From: Alphaproteobacteria bacterium
GTDB taxonomy: Bacteria; Pseudomonadota; Alphaproteobacteria; UBA828
DNA: 64,000 nucleotides
Direction of reading: 5' to 3'
NCBI GenBank assembly: GCA_963422645.2
Contig: CAXXVO010000004.1
Coordinates: 1 to 64,000, forward strand
The notes beneath the pieces are model-generated. The model saw nothing but the letters and a program-made list of their open reading frames with translations, was not told the DNA's origin and ran no database searches. The position numbers and the translations under genes were made by a program. This document shows, in pieces, positions 50,801-63,266 of the stretch; the first letter of the stretch is position 1, and the number at the start of each line of letters is the position of its first letter.

Positions 50801-51315
50801 CTCGGCCAGGTAGCGCCGTCGTGCGCGCTGCACCGTCGCGCGCGAGACAGCGAAAGCGTCAGCCAGTTCCTGCGGCGAGACCGCGCTGATCGCCGCGAGG
50901 CGGCCGATCCGCAAGAGCATGGCCGTGCGGTCATCGGCGGCGTGGCTGTCAAAGGGAATGAGGTTGGAAAAGTAGGTGAAGGTGTCGTCCGAGATCAGGA
51001 CGGCGAAGCAGCTGTTGCCGATCGAGACCGCCTCTGGAGGGCACATTGGGAGGGTACTGGGCATGGTTGAGACCGTGCAATTGGTATCAAATTATAATAT
51101 CAGACCTCGGGCGCGACACCCAGCGAAAAACCGCCTGAAACAACCGAAATGTATCAGAATTCAAGGAGTTCCCGGCACGCTGCCCAGAACAGCCAGCATC
51201 ACGAGGTCAGGAAGTCTGAACCTATTGGTACCTGGAGGCAACGCCCATTCTGTTACGCGGCATTGCCGAGGCCACGGAACAGACGCACAGAAATGGAGGA
51301 AGTTGTCATGACTGA
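47857..51315 (+). pseudogene. RitB tyrosine recombinase split by the 2512-bp IS just before the catalytic Tyr
   Basis: TGLR, TKFRKSR, HSLRHSF and YLGH...|TYWYLEATP motifs. Confidence 0.88.
48707..51218 (-). mobile_element. Unclassified 2512-bp IS, copy 2 (inverted)
   Basis: Same TIRs and identical ORF translations as copy 1; TSD AACCT. Confidence 0.93.
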
Positions 51316-54197
51316 TCTCGCTCCCCACCTCACCGCGTTCCTGCAGGACTATTTGCCCAACGAGCGGCGCTTCAGCCGCCATACCGTACGCAGCTACACG
51401 GATTGCTTCCGGCTCCTCGTACTCTACGCGGCGGACCAGATCAAAGCCCGTCCCAGCGCCATGAAGATCGAGCACTTCACGGTAGCGCTCCTGGTAGCCT
51501 TCCTCGAATCCCTGGAGAAAGATCGAGAAAATAGGTAACTGCCCAGGTCGTCTGATTTGTCATTTTGGGCCAGTGGATTGAGGCGTTTCTCGTTCGGAGT
51601 TGGTGGAAAGGGCTTGACGGGAATTTCGGGAAATGACTCAACAACGACATGAGCAATCCCGAGTCGCCGCGCGGCCCTTCGACGGGAGCAGCGCCCGAAA
51701 CGCCCGCGCAGAAGATCGCCCGCCTGGAGGAGGAGAACGCCCGGCTTCGGGAGGAAAATGCCTGGCTTCGGCAGCAGAACGCGCGGCTGGAAGAGCAAGT
51801 CGCGCGTCTCGTCGAGCGCATCGAGGAGTTGGAGCGCCGTCTCGGCCTCAACAGCGGCAACAGCGGCAAGCCGCCTTCGAGCGATGGGCTGAGGAAGCCG
51901 AATTCGAAGCGGCGAACCCGAAGCCTGCGCGGCAAATCGGGCCGCAAGCCCGGTGGCCAGCCCGGCCACAAGGGCAAGACGCTGCGCCGCGCCGATCACC
52001 CGGATCGGGTGAAGGATCACGTCCCGGCTTCCTGCAAGGGATGCGGTTCGCCGCTTTCGGACGCGGCCAGGGCGGGAACGCCCGTCGCCCGCCAGGTGTT
52101 CGATCTGCCCGAGCCGAGCCCCCTGGAGGTGACCGAGCACCGGGCGCATGCCAAGTGCTGCGGGCATTGCGGGACGGTGACCCGGGCGGCGTTCCCCGAC
52201 GGGGTGTCGGCGCCGGTGCAGTACGGCCCGCGCATTGCCGGGGTGGCGGTCTACCTTCAGCACGCTCACTTCCTGCCGGAGGATCGGCTGTCGCAGGTGA
52301 TGGCCGAGCTCTTCGGCGCGCCGGTGACGGCTGCGACGTTGGCGACGATGAGCGAGAGGGCGGCCGAGCGGCTTGCGGGACGCGGCCTTGCACATACAGG
52401 ACCTGGCGGCGGGCACGGCGCGGGTGAAACACATGGACGAGACCGGCTTGCGGATCGGCGGTCAGACGCAGTGGCTTCATGTGATCTGCACGCCGCTGCT
52501 GGCGGCGTACCGGGTCAGCGGCAAGCGCGGCGCCCTGCTCTCGGGTGTCTCCGGCATCGTCGTGCACGATCACTGGAAGCCGTACTTCGCGATGGAAGGG
52601 GTGGAGCACGGCCTGTGCAACGCCCATCACCTGCGGGAGTTGCAGGCGCTGGTGGACATCGAAGGGGAGGCTTGGGCCCGGCGGATGCAGCAGCTCCTGC
52701 GCCGAGCCAATCGCGCCGCCCGCATCGCGCTGGACAAGGATATCGCCGTTCCGGCGAGGCTTGTGGCGCTGATCGAGCGCCGATACGACGAGATCATCGC
52801 CGATGCGCTGGCCTTTCACGAGAGCCAACCACCGTTCTCGCCTGGCAAGAGGAAGAAGCGCCGGAAGCGAAGGATCGGTCACAATCTGGCCTTGAGGCTG
52901 CGCGACCACAAATGCGCGGTGCTCCGGTTCCTGATCGACCTCGAGGTCGGGTTCACGAACAACGAGGCCGAGCGCGACCTTCGGATGATGAAGCTGCGCC
53001 AGAAGATCTCCGGGGGCTTCCGGTCCGCGCAGGGGGCCGAGAACTTCGCCATCCTGCGCAGCGTCATCACCACCGCCAGAAAGCAGGGCTGGAATATCAT
53101 CGAAGCCCTGACCAGCCCATCGGATCGGCTCATCGCCACCGTCAAGTGCGCGTAAGCTCACCTGGCACGGGTTCTCCAACAGCGGAGCCATTCTCATAAA
53201 CGATCATGGTCGACGCCGTGCTGGACCACCCCATAGAATGAAAATCGGTGCCCGTCGCGCGGGCGGACTTCGGGCCACATCGGGGTAGCTTACCGGTCGC
53301 AGTCCGCAAGAGGGGCATCGTGAGCTGTGAAACCCGGCGACCCCAGAGGAGCACACGGGCGTCGCGTGGGTAGCGTTGTGCCGAATCCCAGAGAATTTTC
53401 ACAGCAAGAACCTGGGCAGTTACAAAAATAGTATCGGTAGCCGCAATAACCGCCTCGCCGCCATCAAGGCATTCTTCCGTTATCTGGAATACCGTGTCCC
53501 GAGCTGCCTGGACCACGCACTGCAGGTACGCGCCATCCCTCATAAGCGCGCCGACAAGCCCCTGATCGACTGGCTGGATCAAACCGAAATGCAGTCGATC
53601 CTGGATGCTCCGAATACCCGGACGGTGGCGGGCCTTCGTGATCGGGCGATGCTGCACCTGTGCTACGCCGCCGGGCTGCGGGTCTCGGAACTGACCGCGC
53701 TCACGCTGGACAGCCTCACGTCTCCGCAGGCTGAGGCCATCCGTATCCTGGGTAAGGGACGGCGTGAGCGCGAACTGCCACTGTGGAAGGAAACGAAAAC
53801 CGTCCTTCTTGCATGGCTGGATGTCCGGCCGAATGTAAATAACCGCTACCTGTTCCTGAACGCTCGGGGACGGGCGATGAGTACGGACGGCTTCGCATAC
53901 ATCCTCAAACAGCATGTCGTCTCGGCATCGCAGACGATCCCATCGCTCAAGGAAAAGCGAGTGACCCCGCATGTGCTCCGTCACTCGACGGCGATGGCGA
54001 TACTGCACGCTACCGGGGACATCCGGAAGGTCTCGCTGTGGCTTGGTCATGCGGATATCAGGACCACTGAGGTGTATTTGCGCGCTAGTCCGGCCGAGAA
54101 GCTGGAAATACTTGCTGCTAACGCTCCCCCAGGCATCAAGCGCGGTACCTTCGCTGGCGTGAAGGATGACCTGATGAAGATTCTCCGCGGGACCTGA
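51308..54197 (+). pseudogene. RitC tyrosine recombinase split by IS66
   Basis: LEKDRE|NSIGSRNNRLAAIK rejoins in frame; GLRVSE, HVLRH and LGH..TTEVY motifs. Confidence 0.9.
51535..53423 (+). mobile_element. IS66-family single-gene element (ISBst12-like); tnpC 51649-53155 frameshifted near 52380
   Basis: TIR GTAACTGCCCAGGT; TSD GAAAATAG/AAAAATAG (7 of 8); NSGKPPSSD, DETG, CNAHHLRE and TNNEAERDLR motifs. Confidence 0.93.
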
Positions 54198-54919
54198 AGC
54201 CCAAGAATTAATGCCGAGCGGATGTGCGGAAAACCCGCACTGACGAGCCGTTTTCTGCACGTCGCTCGGCATTAAGAACTTATCGGTATTACATCCCCTG
54301 TGGTGAGCGCCGTGAACCGCCTGCCGGCGGTCGCGGACAGGGCCGCGCAGCGGCTGACGCCGCTTTGGGGGAGGGGAGGGACTGCTCCCCGTCGTGAAGT
54401 CCAATCGTGCCACACGTGCTCGCTACAGCAACCCTGCGGGTCCTCCGGTCGCTCCGCTCCCTGCGGCCTGGCCCAAGAAGCTCTAGGGCGGGCCGTGAAA
54501 GTCGCCGACCGTGAAGATCGCTTGCGTGTAATCGCGAACCGCCTCGCGTGGGGCACGCCGGCCCCTGAAGCGCGGGGCCGGCGTATCGGGCCGGCGCTAG
54601 CTAACCGCCCGGCATCCGCTCCCCGGCGCCCAACGCCTCGCGTGAAGGCACGGTCTCGCAATCATCCCGCACGCCCGTGCCTGAACGGGCGCCACGGAGC
54701 GGACGCCTCGAAGGCCTACTGAAAACGCGGCCAGTCCCCAAGGCGGCGCGCCGGCCCTCCCCAGACGGCACGAACGCGATCTTCCGCACCATCGGCGACT
54801 TTCCGCACCAACCCCGCCCAAGAGCTTCTAGGGCCAGGTGCTTCCGCTGCGCGCGCGTGTCCCGAAAGGACATCACGACGGGGCACAGGGTCCCGGAGGA
54901 TGAACAGAAGGAGATCGTC

Positions 54920-55840
54920 ATGATCGACACTCACATCGACACCCAGACCGCATCGCCCACCGCCGCCGTCTGCGAGAGCCTCGCGCTATACGGCGGAAGC
55001 CCGGAGCGCGGCGAGTTCGACAGCCGAGACGTCTGGGACCAGGACGACGCCCTGGATGCGCTGTCGGAAGCGATCCGCGTCATCGTGGACGGCGTCACCG
55101 TAGACGGGACCCAGATGGCGGACGAGCGCGAGCCGCTGCTATGGGGCTTCGTGAACACGCTGCACAGCCAGGTCGCCCGCCTCGACCGCGCCGTCGACCG
55201 CATCGCCCCGGAGATGCGGGACCTGGAGCGCGCACAGGACGGCACCGAGGTGAAGGCGTGGGAGTTGGAGATCCTGACCGACCGGGCGCGGAACTTCGGC
55301 GACCGGCGGGACGCGTTCGAGAAGATGCGCGATCTCGCCGCCGATGCCTACCGCGTCGAGACCGGAGATACCTGGCGCCCGCGTCACGGATCGCACGCGA
55401 GCCAGACCGGCCAGCTCACCTCGGCCGCCATCGACGCCCGCGACTTCCGCCGCGCACGGAAGGACCGCGAGACCCAGGCGCACCTGCCGGACGGCACCCT
55501 CGTCGCCATCACCGGCGGGAAGACCGTCGCCAATGCGGACGCGGTCTGGACCACGCTGGACCGCGCACGCGAGAAGTACGGCGACATGGTGCTGCTGCAC
55601 GGCGGCGGCCCGGGCTACGAGAAGATCGCGGCGAGCTGGGCGGACGCGCGCGGCGTCGACCAGGTGGTGTGCCGCCCGGACTGGAACGCGCACGGGAAGG
55701 CCGCGCCGTTCAGGCGGAACGACGAGCTGCTGAACCTGCTGCCGAAGGGCGTCATCGCCTTCCCCGGCTCAGGCATCACCGGGAACCTCGTCGACAAGGC
55801 CCGCCAGCTCGGCATCCCGGTCATGACCGTCAGCGAGTGA
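54920..55840 (+). CDS. DUF2493 (SLOG/YspA-like) plasmid-backbone protein
   Basis: VAITGG, LLHGG, AAPFRRN and AFPGSG motifs; RBS AAGGAG. Confidence 0.85.
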   Translation: MIDTHIDTQTASPTAAVCESLALYGGSPERGEFDSRDVWDQDDALDALSEAIRVIVDGVTVDGTQMADEREPLLWGFVNTLHSQVARLDRAVDRIAPEMRDLERAQDGTEVKAWELEILTDRARNFGDRRDAFEKMRDLAADAYRVETGDTWRPRHGSHASQTGQLTSAAIDARDFRRARKDRETQAHLPDGTLVAITGGKTVANADAVWTTLDRAREKYGDMVLLHGGGPGYEKIAASWADARGVDQVVCRPDWNAHGKAAPFRRNDELLNLLPKGVIAFPGSGITGNLVDKARQLGIPVMTVSE

Positions 55841-56526
55841 GCGCGGCGCGCCTGCCACCCGCCAGGCCGGTCTCTCGCTTCGGCGAGGGATCGGCCTTTC
55901 TTTTTGCGCCGTGCCCGGTGTCGCGCATCGCGGCGCGGCGCTTCGCGCCTGCGCCGCTCGCGCTCCCGGCGCCGCCGTCCCGCCCCGCGCCGCCCGACCG
56001 GGCCTCGCGTCCGGCTCGGCGCAAACGCGCCGTCGCCGGGCGCTCGCCAATGCTTCCTGTTCAGCCAATGTCCCTCCGTCTTCAGCGCGTCGGATCGCCG
56101 TTCTGCGAGCGACAATCGCCGCCGCGCTTCGCGCGCCGCCATCGTCGACCCTCCCGGATCTCCCTCTTTCCGTCATCGCATCCAACACCGCCGACACCCG
56201 ATGGCTTGGAGCCTTGTTGGAGGAACACTCGCTCCCTTCAGCCTGCCGGTCATCCCCATCGGTGACGGATGCCGGCCCGGTATCCCCCGCTTGTCCGATT
56301 GGAAAGTAAGGGCGCCCGCCCGGTCCTTCGGACCGGTCGCCGGGCTCTATTCCGGTGACGATCCCTGGCGCCTTGTATGACCCGCCTTTAGCCCTTTGAA
56401 CAAAGGGTTATCCACAGTTGTTGCAGTCGCGAATTCTGTGGAAAACCGCCGCTCTTCGGCGACCGACGCCATGCCGTGGCCCGGTCACCCAAGTACGGTT
56501 TGGGAATGCTGCGGCTCCGTCGTTAG

Positions 56527-57669
<1,143 letters not shown>

Positions 57670-58110
57670 TTGTCGAGCCTGTGGAGAAATGGGCGAGCAT
57701 CAGTGGATGAAACGCCGGTAGCCCCACTTCAATCCCCGAATCGGGGTTGACTACAAACACGGATGCTTCGCTCCCTTCGGTCGCTGCGCGCTACGCTTGC
57801 GGGTGCGAACGGGACGACCCCGCCTTTCCGCCGCCGTGGCTCGGTCGCTCCGCTCCCATCGCCGGCGGCTCTTCCCGACGCCTTGCCCACGCGCATCGCT
57901 GCGCGTCGCTTCGCTCCGCCCTCGCTTGCGCCCGCCTCGCCGCCCTTCGGCGGCTCGCCTTCCCCGCTGCCTCGCAACAGGCTCGGCGCTGACGCGCCAT
58001 CGCCGTTGCTCGCGCTTTTTCCCAATATCCCCCACATCGCATATCGGCCACGGCTCATCGCTCTTCGAGCGATATCGCCCTCTCGCGCCCGGCGCTTCGC
58101 GCCTGCGCGC

Positions 58111-58416
58111 TCAGAACGGATCGCCACCTTCCTCCGAAGCCGTGGCATTCGCCACGGACTTCGCCGCCTTGCGTCCCGGCAGCTCGCCCTTGTCGAGGAA
58201 CGCCTTGAGGCTCCTCTCCCCGATCTCGATGCCTCGTGCTTTCAGCACTTCGTGCATCTGCGCCACCGTGACGCCCTTGGCCCGTTGCTCGACCATACGG
58301 TCTCGCAGACGGTCCAGGACATCCTTCAGCGACAGCTTCGGCGGCGCCAGCTTCGCCAGGTCGCCGTCAATGCCCTCGAAGTCGATATCCGTTTCGTTGA
58401 AACGCCTTGCAGCCAT
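58111..58416 (-). CDS. Small protein divergent from the relaxase (putative relaxosome accessory)
   Basis: Strong RBS GAAGGAG; HTH-like segment; position next to the presumed oriT. Confidence 0.65.
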   Translation of the reverse strand: MAARRFNETDIDFEGIDGDLAKLAPPKLSLKDVLDRLRDRMVEQRAKGVTVAQMHEVLKARGIEIGERSLKAFLDKGELPGRKAAKSVANATASEEGGDPF

Positions 58417-58419
58417 TGT

Positions 58420-58820
58420 GTCTCCTTCCTTCTTCGACCACTACATCTGGTGTGTCCGCATGATCGCCCGACCGCCCCATGGTGTCAACGGACGTCCCGT
58501 TCGGCCCTTGCGACGGAGCCCCACCCGGCACGATCTTTCCCTGCCCCTGCGATGGAACCCGTGTCATGCACGGAGTCTCCCTTGTTGAAACCACGGAACG
58601 TAGAAAAAGCCTCTGCACACCTGTGCAAGCTTACGCTTGCGGGACCACTCCAAGGACATACTATCGACCATAGAAAGACGATTCGTTCGATCGTAATAGG
58701 GAAATGGCCCGTACGTTCAAGTCGTTACGGACCGAACGCACGACGAAGCCGGCGTCCACGACAGGAATCGAGACGTTCATGCCAATCATCGCCGTCCTGG
58801 TCAGCCTTGAGGACACCCAG
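58420..58820. other. Presumed oriT region
   Basis: Lower-GC divergent intergenic region upstream of the relaxase with short inverted repeats (e.g. TGCACACCTGTGCA); nic site not identified. Confidence 0.45.
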
Positions 58821-58822
58821 CC

Positions 58823-61800
58823 GTGGTAGCGTCCATCGGCCAGATGGCGTCGGCCGAGTACTACCTGGAGAGCCAGCGCTCCTTCCGGCACCCCAACGAG
58901 TACTACACCGCAGGCGAGGAACCGGACGGCACCTGGTTCAATCCGAAGGGTCTGTTCGAGCAGCAGGACGGGGCGAAGGTCGACTCGCGCGCCTTCCAAC
59001 GCCTCTACAACGGCTTCGCTCCGGACGGGTCCGGCAAGCTGGTCCAGCGCGCGGGCAACCCGGACCGCTCCCCCGGCGTCGACATGACGTTCTCGGTAGA
59101 CAAGAGCGTCTCCGCGCTCTGGGCCATTGCGGAGCCGAAGATGCGCGAACGGATCGAGGCGATGGCGACGGCCGCCGCAAGAGCAGCGCTGGAAGACTCC
59201 GTTCTCAAGCATTGCAGCTACACTCGCCTCGCTGAGAAGGGCGTGACCCGCCCTGTCGAGGCCGACCTCATGGGCGCTACGTTCGTTCACGGCACCAGCC
59301 GCGAGAACGACCCGCAGCTTCACGTCCATTGCACGATCTTCAACGTCGCGAGGACCCGCGAGGACGGCAAGTGGCGGGCGCATCACCAGTACCCGGTCTA
59401 CAGCTGGAAGAAGGCGGCGGGCGCGCTGTTCCGGGCCAACATGGCCTGGGAGCTGAAACAGGGTCTCGGGGTCCGGATGGAGCAGTACGGCCCCAACAAC
59501 GAGTTTACCCGCATCACCGGCATGCCCGACGACCTCAAGGCCTTCTGGTCCAAGCGGCGCAAGGCCATCGTCGCCATGGCGGGCGAGCTCGGTATTTCCG
59601 CGCTCGGGAACGCGTCCCGCATGGCGGGCGTGAACAAGATCACGCGCGAGGGCAAGTCCCACGACAACGACCCGGAGATACGCCACGGGCGCTGGCGCGG
59701 CGAGGCCGAGGGCTTCGTCGAGCGCGAGGAGCTGATCGCCTCGGTGACCGGGCACGAGGTGGAGATCGGGCGAGACCGGATCCGGGAGCTGACCGACCGT
59801 CTCGACGATCTTCCCGCCCATCTCGCGCGCGAGGAAGCGGTGTTCCGGCGCCCGGACATGGTGGAGGCGGCCGCGAACGCGGCGGCTGGTCTGATGGGCC
59901 GGGAGGCGGTGGGGACGGCGATCGAGCGTCTGCGCCGCAACCCGGAGATCGAGCGGCTGGAGCCGAAGAAACCGACCGCCGAATCCAGGGCAGGCATGGT
60001 TCACACCGAGGTCTATTCCACCCGGCACAACCTGGGGCTGGAGCAGGCGGTGCGCGACATGGCGGAGGCCATGGCCGCCGATACCGGCCACGCCCTGCCG
60101 GAGCAGGCGGTGGAGGAGAAGGTGGAGACCCTGATGGAGCAGGGCTATCCGCTGAGCCAGGAGCAGTCGCTGGCGATCCGGCATGCGACGATCAGGGGTG
60201 GACGCGTCGCGGTGATCGAGGGCGCGGCGGGATCGGGCAAGACCACCACGCTCAGGCCCATAACGGACCTGCACAAGGAGCACGGCTACGAGATCGTGCC
60301 GACGGCGGTGGCCTGGCGGACGGCGGTGGCGCTGGGCGACGACTGCGATGCGCGCGCCTGGTGCGTCGACAAGCTGCTGAAGCTCGCCGCGAAGGGGCAG
60401 GTCGAGATCGGCCGCAACACCCTGATCGTGGTGGACGAGGCGGGGATGCTGTCCACCCGCCAGGCACACCACATTCTCCAGCTCTCCGAGCGCCACGGCG
60501 CCAAGGTGGTGTTCGCGGGCGACACGCGGCAGCAGCAGCCCGTGGAGGCGGGGCCGGGGTTGAGGCTCGTCCGTGACGTGGCCGGCAGCATTCGTGTCGA
60601 CCGCATCAGGCGCCAGAAGGCGGACCTCGAGGACGTGCTCACGCATGTCCAGGGCGAGACGCCCGAGCAGGCACGCTTCCGGGCGGGGCTGACCTCGCGG
60701 GAAGAGCGAACAAGCATCCTCGCCGAGTACGAGGCGATGGAGAGGAAGCCGGTGTTCACGCCGTGGCAGGTGGCGGTGTCGGAGGCGCTCAGGGACGGCG
60801 AGGCGGAGAAGGCGATCGAGGCGTGGCATCTGCGCAACCGCCTCCATCTCTGCCACGACGAGGAGAAGACGCTCACGAAGCTCGTGGATGACTGGGAGCG
60901 CCATGTGCGCGCACGGCCCGGCACGTCCACCGTCGTGCTCGCGCGCACGAAGGCGGAGGGCCGGGCGCTATCGTGGCTGATGCGGGAGTGCATGCTTGCG
61001 CAAACCCCCGACGCGAAGCGCGCCGTCATCGAAGTCAGCCGGGACCTGGACGGGCGCCTGACGGAGCCGCTGGAGGTCGCGGTCGGCGACCGCATCCGCA
61101 TCGGGGCCACGCAATGGGAGAAGCAGCTCTTCAACGGCACCGTGGTCACGGTCGAGGACCTGGAGGTCAGGCGCCCGGACGAGGCGGCGGTCACGCGCAA
61201 GGCGCGGAACCGGCAAGCCGGCGGACGGCATCCGGACGCGGACACGGGCCTCTCCGAACTTGAGTCTTCCGTCTATATCACGGCGCGCATGGACGACGGC
61301 AGGCGCGTCACGTTCCGGCACGACGAGATCCGCGACTGGCACGACAACATCCGCCTCGACTACGGCTACGCGATGACCATTGCCTCGGCCCAGGGGCTGA
61401 CCGTGGACAGGGCGTTCCTGCTGGTCGACGACCGGCCGGCGCGGGAGACCATCTATCCCGCCGCGACCCGGCACCGCGAGGCGCTCGACATCTACGTCAA
61501 CCGTGCGCCGCTCGCCTTCGACATTGCCGAGAACCGGCCCGAGGACGAGGCGGAGCGGCCGGTCCTGGACAGCGACGTCCGGGCATATCTGGCCGAGCGC
61601 TGGTCGCGCTCGCAGCCCAAGGAGGCGGCGCTCGACTACGTCTCCGACGGCAAGTGGCGGGATGCGCGGGAGGACGCGCAGCATCACCGGCGCGGCGCCG
61701 GAGAGGCGCGGTCGGGGACGGCCGAGGCCCCTGCCGCTGCGAACGACAACGCGCTGGTGCGCGTCGCCCGGGACATCCGTCATGCGGTCAACGGCTGGCG

Positions 61801-62758
61801 CCACGGCGCGGCGGTGGACGCCTTCGCGTCCGAGCGTAACGAGGTTCTGGCGGCCTGGGACGAGCTGCGCGAGCGCGCCCGGCAGGAAGGCGACGCCGTT
61901 GCGCTCAGCCCCGCATTCCGCGAGACCCTCGACCGCCACGGCGTGCTGATGAAGCAGGCGGCTTCGTTCAGGACCCGTCCGCAGACCTTCGAGCGGCTGC
62001 TGGCCGATCGCGCCGGGATCGGCCAAGGCGAGATCGAGGAATTCGGGAAAGTCTATGCCCGGGCGGGAAGCTACCGCCGCGCCGCCGCCGCCAGGGCCGC
62101 GCACGCGCGTCATGAGGCGCCGGAGAGGGCGCAGGAGGCCGCTCCCGCAGTCGAGCCGGTCGAGACGGCGGCCCGTCCTTCCGAGCGCCCCGCAGAGGCA
62201 CGGCGGGCGGGAGAGTCTGGGCCGCCGGCGGTTTCGCGCACCGAGTACAGCAACCTGCGCCTCGACTGGGGCAGGCACGTCGGCCGCGCCGAACGGGCCG
62301 GCGTCTCCCCCTACGATCTCGACGGCGCGGCGGAGCTCGTCCGGCGCATCGCGGCGTTCGCGCAGAACGAGCGGGTCCCGGCCGAACCGCGCCGGCGTCT
62401 CCAGGCCATGGTCGACCGTTACCGCGCACACGAACGGGCGCGCACCCGCGTGCGGGACTGGCTCCAGACCGCCGACCGCCACTGGCAGGGCTTCGACGAC
62501 CTCGCCCGCCGCGCCCGCGCTCTCGGCGTCCGCCCCGAGGACCTGCCCGCGTGGCCGGACTGGCTGGAGAGCAACGAGCGCCTGGTCCGCGAGGGCAGGG
62601 CGATCCTCGACGACCCCGGCACCTACGGCGTCCATCTCGACCGCATGAAGGGCAGCAGAGGATCCCTGCGCGACACGGTCTCCCGGATGGAGCGGTTCAC
62701 GCCGCAGCACCGGACGCGCTCCCACGGCCGCGACAGGGGGCCGTCCCGGAGCATGTAG
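58823..62758 (+). CDS. MOBF (TrwC/TraI-like) relaxase-helicase
   Basis: EYY motifs, DMTFSVDKSVS, HGTSRENDPQLHVH, GAAGSGKTT, VDEAGM and YAMT..AQGLTVD. Confidence 0.95.
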   Translation: MVASIGQMASAEYYLESQRSFRHPNEYYTAGEEPDGTWFNPKGLFEQQDGAKVDSRAFQRLYNGFAPDGSGKLVQRAGNPDRSPGVDMTFSVDKSVSALWAIAEPKMRERIEAMATAAARAALEDSVLKHCSYTRLAEKGVTRPVEADLMGATFVHGTSRENDPQLHVHCTIFNVARTREDGKWRAHHQYPVYSWKKAAGALFRANMAWELKQGLGVRMEQYGPNNEFTRITGMPDDLKAFWSKRRKAIVAMAGELGISALGNASRMAGVNKITREGKSHDNDPEIRHGRWRGEAEGFVEREELIASVTGHEVEIGRDRIRELTDRLDDLPAHLAREEAVFRRPDMVEAAANAAAGLMGREAVGTAIERLRRNPEIERLEPKKPTAESRAGMVHTEVYSTRHNLGLEQAVRDMAEAMAADTGHALPEQAVEEKVETLMEQGYPLSQEQSLAIRHATIRGGRVAVIEGAAGSGKTTTLRPITDLHKEHGYEIVPTAVAWRTAVALGDDCDARAWCVDKLLKLAAKGQVEIGRNTLIVVDEAGMLSTRQAHHILQLSERHGAKVVFAGDTRQQQPVEAGPGLRLVRDVAGSIRVDRIRRQKADLEDVLTHVQGETPEQARFRAGLTSREERTSILAEYEAMERKPVFTPWQVAVSEALRDGEAEKAIEAWHLRNRLHLCHDEEKTLTKLVDDWERHVRARPGTSTVVLARTKAEGRALSWLMRECMLAQTPDAKRAVIEVSRDLDGRLTEPLEVAVGDRIRIGATQWEKQLFNGTVVTVEDLEVRRPDEAAVTRKARNRQAGGRHPDADTGLSELESSVYITARMDDGRRVTFRHDEIRDWHDNIRLDYGYAMTIASAQGLTVDRAFLLVDDRPARETIYPAATRHREALDIYVNRAPLAFDIAENRPEDEAERPVLDSDVRAYLAERWSRSQPKEAALDYVSDGKWRDAREDAQHHRRGAGEARSGTAEAPAAANDNALVRVARDIRHAVNGWRHGAAVDAFASERNEVLAAWDELRERARQEGDAVALSPAFRETLDRHGVLMKQAASFRTRPQTFERLLADRAGIGQGEIEEFGKVYARAGSYRRAAAARAAHARHEAPERAQEAAPAVEPVETAARPSERPAEARRAGESGPPAVSRTEYSNLRLDWGRHVGRAERAGVSPYDLDGAAELVRRIAAFAQNERVPAEPRRRLQAMVDRYRAHERARTRVRDWLQTADRHWQGFDDLARRARALGVRPEDLPAWPDWLESNERLVREGRAILDDPGTYGVHLDRMKGSRGSLRDTVSRMERFTPQHRTRSHGRDRGPSRSM

Positions 62759-62918
62759 GGGCCGGAAGCGAGGCGACCGCCCGCGGGCTGGATCAGGGTC
62801 CGCGCGCCGGCCGACTAGCTCTGCCCTCCCGAATTGCTCGCGAGGGAGTGAACCACGGGCCGGCCGGGTCGGCGCGGCCGTGCAAGGAGACCCGGATGCC
62901 GTGCCGCGGCAGGCCGCC

Positions 62919-63257
62919 TCACCGCTGCGGATCCGCCACGGCGACGATGCGGCTCTCGCCGGGACCGGTCCCCCGGATCGCCTCCGCGATAGCGGGCACC
63001 GCGGCGGTCAGCCGGGAAACGCGATTGTCGTCTACCGCGACGATGGCGATGGCGGAATGGCGTTGCTCACCCGCCATGCGCTTGTCGGTCGTCACCAGCG
63101 TCGTGAAGCCGTGCTTCGCCGCCTCCGCCAGCAATTGGTCGTCACGCAGGGCGCGCCACCCGCGGAACGCGACCGTCTCCACGGCAGCGCCCTGGAGCCG
63201 ATCCTGGAGCGGGCGCCGCAGGCGCGGCGAGACCGCGACGTCAAGAAGAACCTTCAA
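62919..63257 (-). CDS. VapC45-like PIN domain protein (putative toxin)
   Basis: KVLLD, GW..LRDDQLL and LVTTDK motifs. Confidence 0.75.
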   Translation of the reverse strand: MKVLLDVAVSPRLRRPLQDRLQGAAVETVAFRGWRALRDDQLLAEAAKHGFTTLVTTDKRMAGEQRHSAIAIVAVDDNRVSRLTAAVPAIAEAIRGTGPGESRIVAVADPQR

Positions 63258-63266
63258 GCGCCGGGA

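Larger units (their letters stand above)
47178..54291 (+). mobile_element. RIT (recombinase-in-trio) element, all three genes damaged
   Basis: Three overlapping tyrosine recombinase genes; terminal IR TTAATGCCGAGCG (54208-54220) / CGCTCGGCATTAA (54263-54275). Confidence 0.9.

Noticed and set aside
56400-56450. Replication origin
   Set aside because: Only two boxes, inside an IS end, with no AT-rich unwinding element or rep gene.
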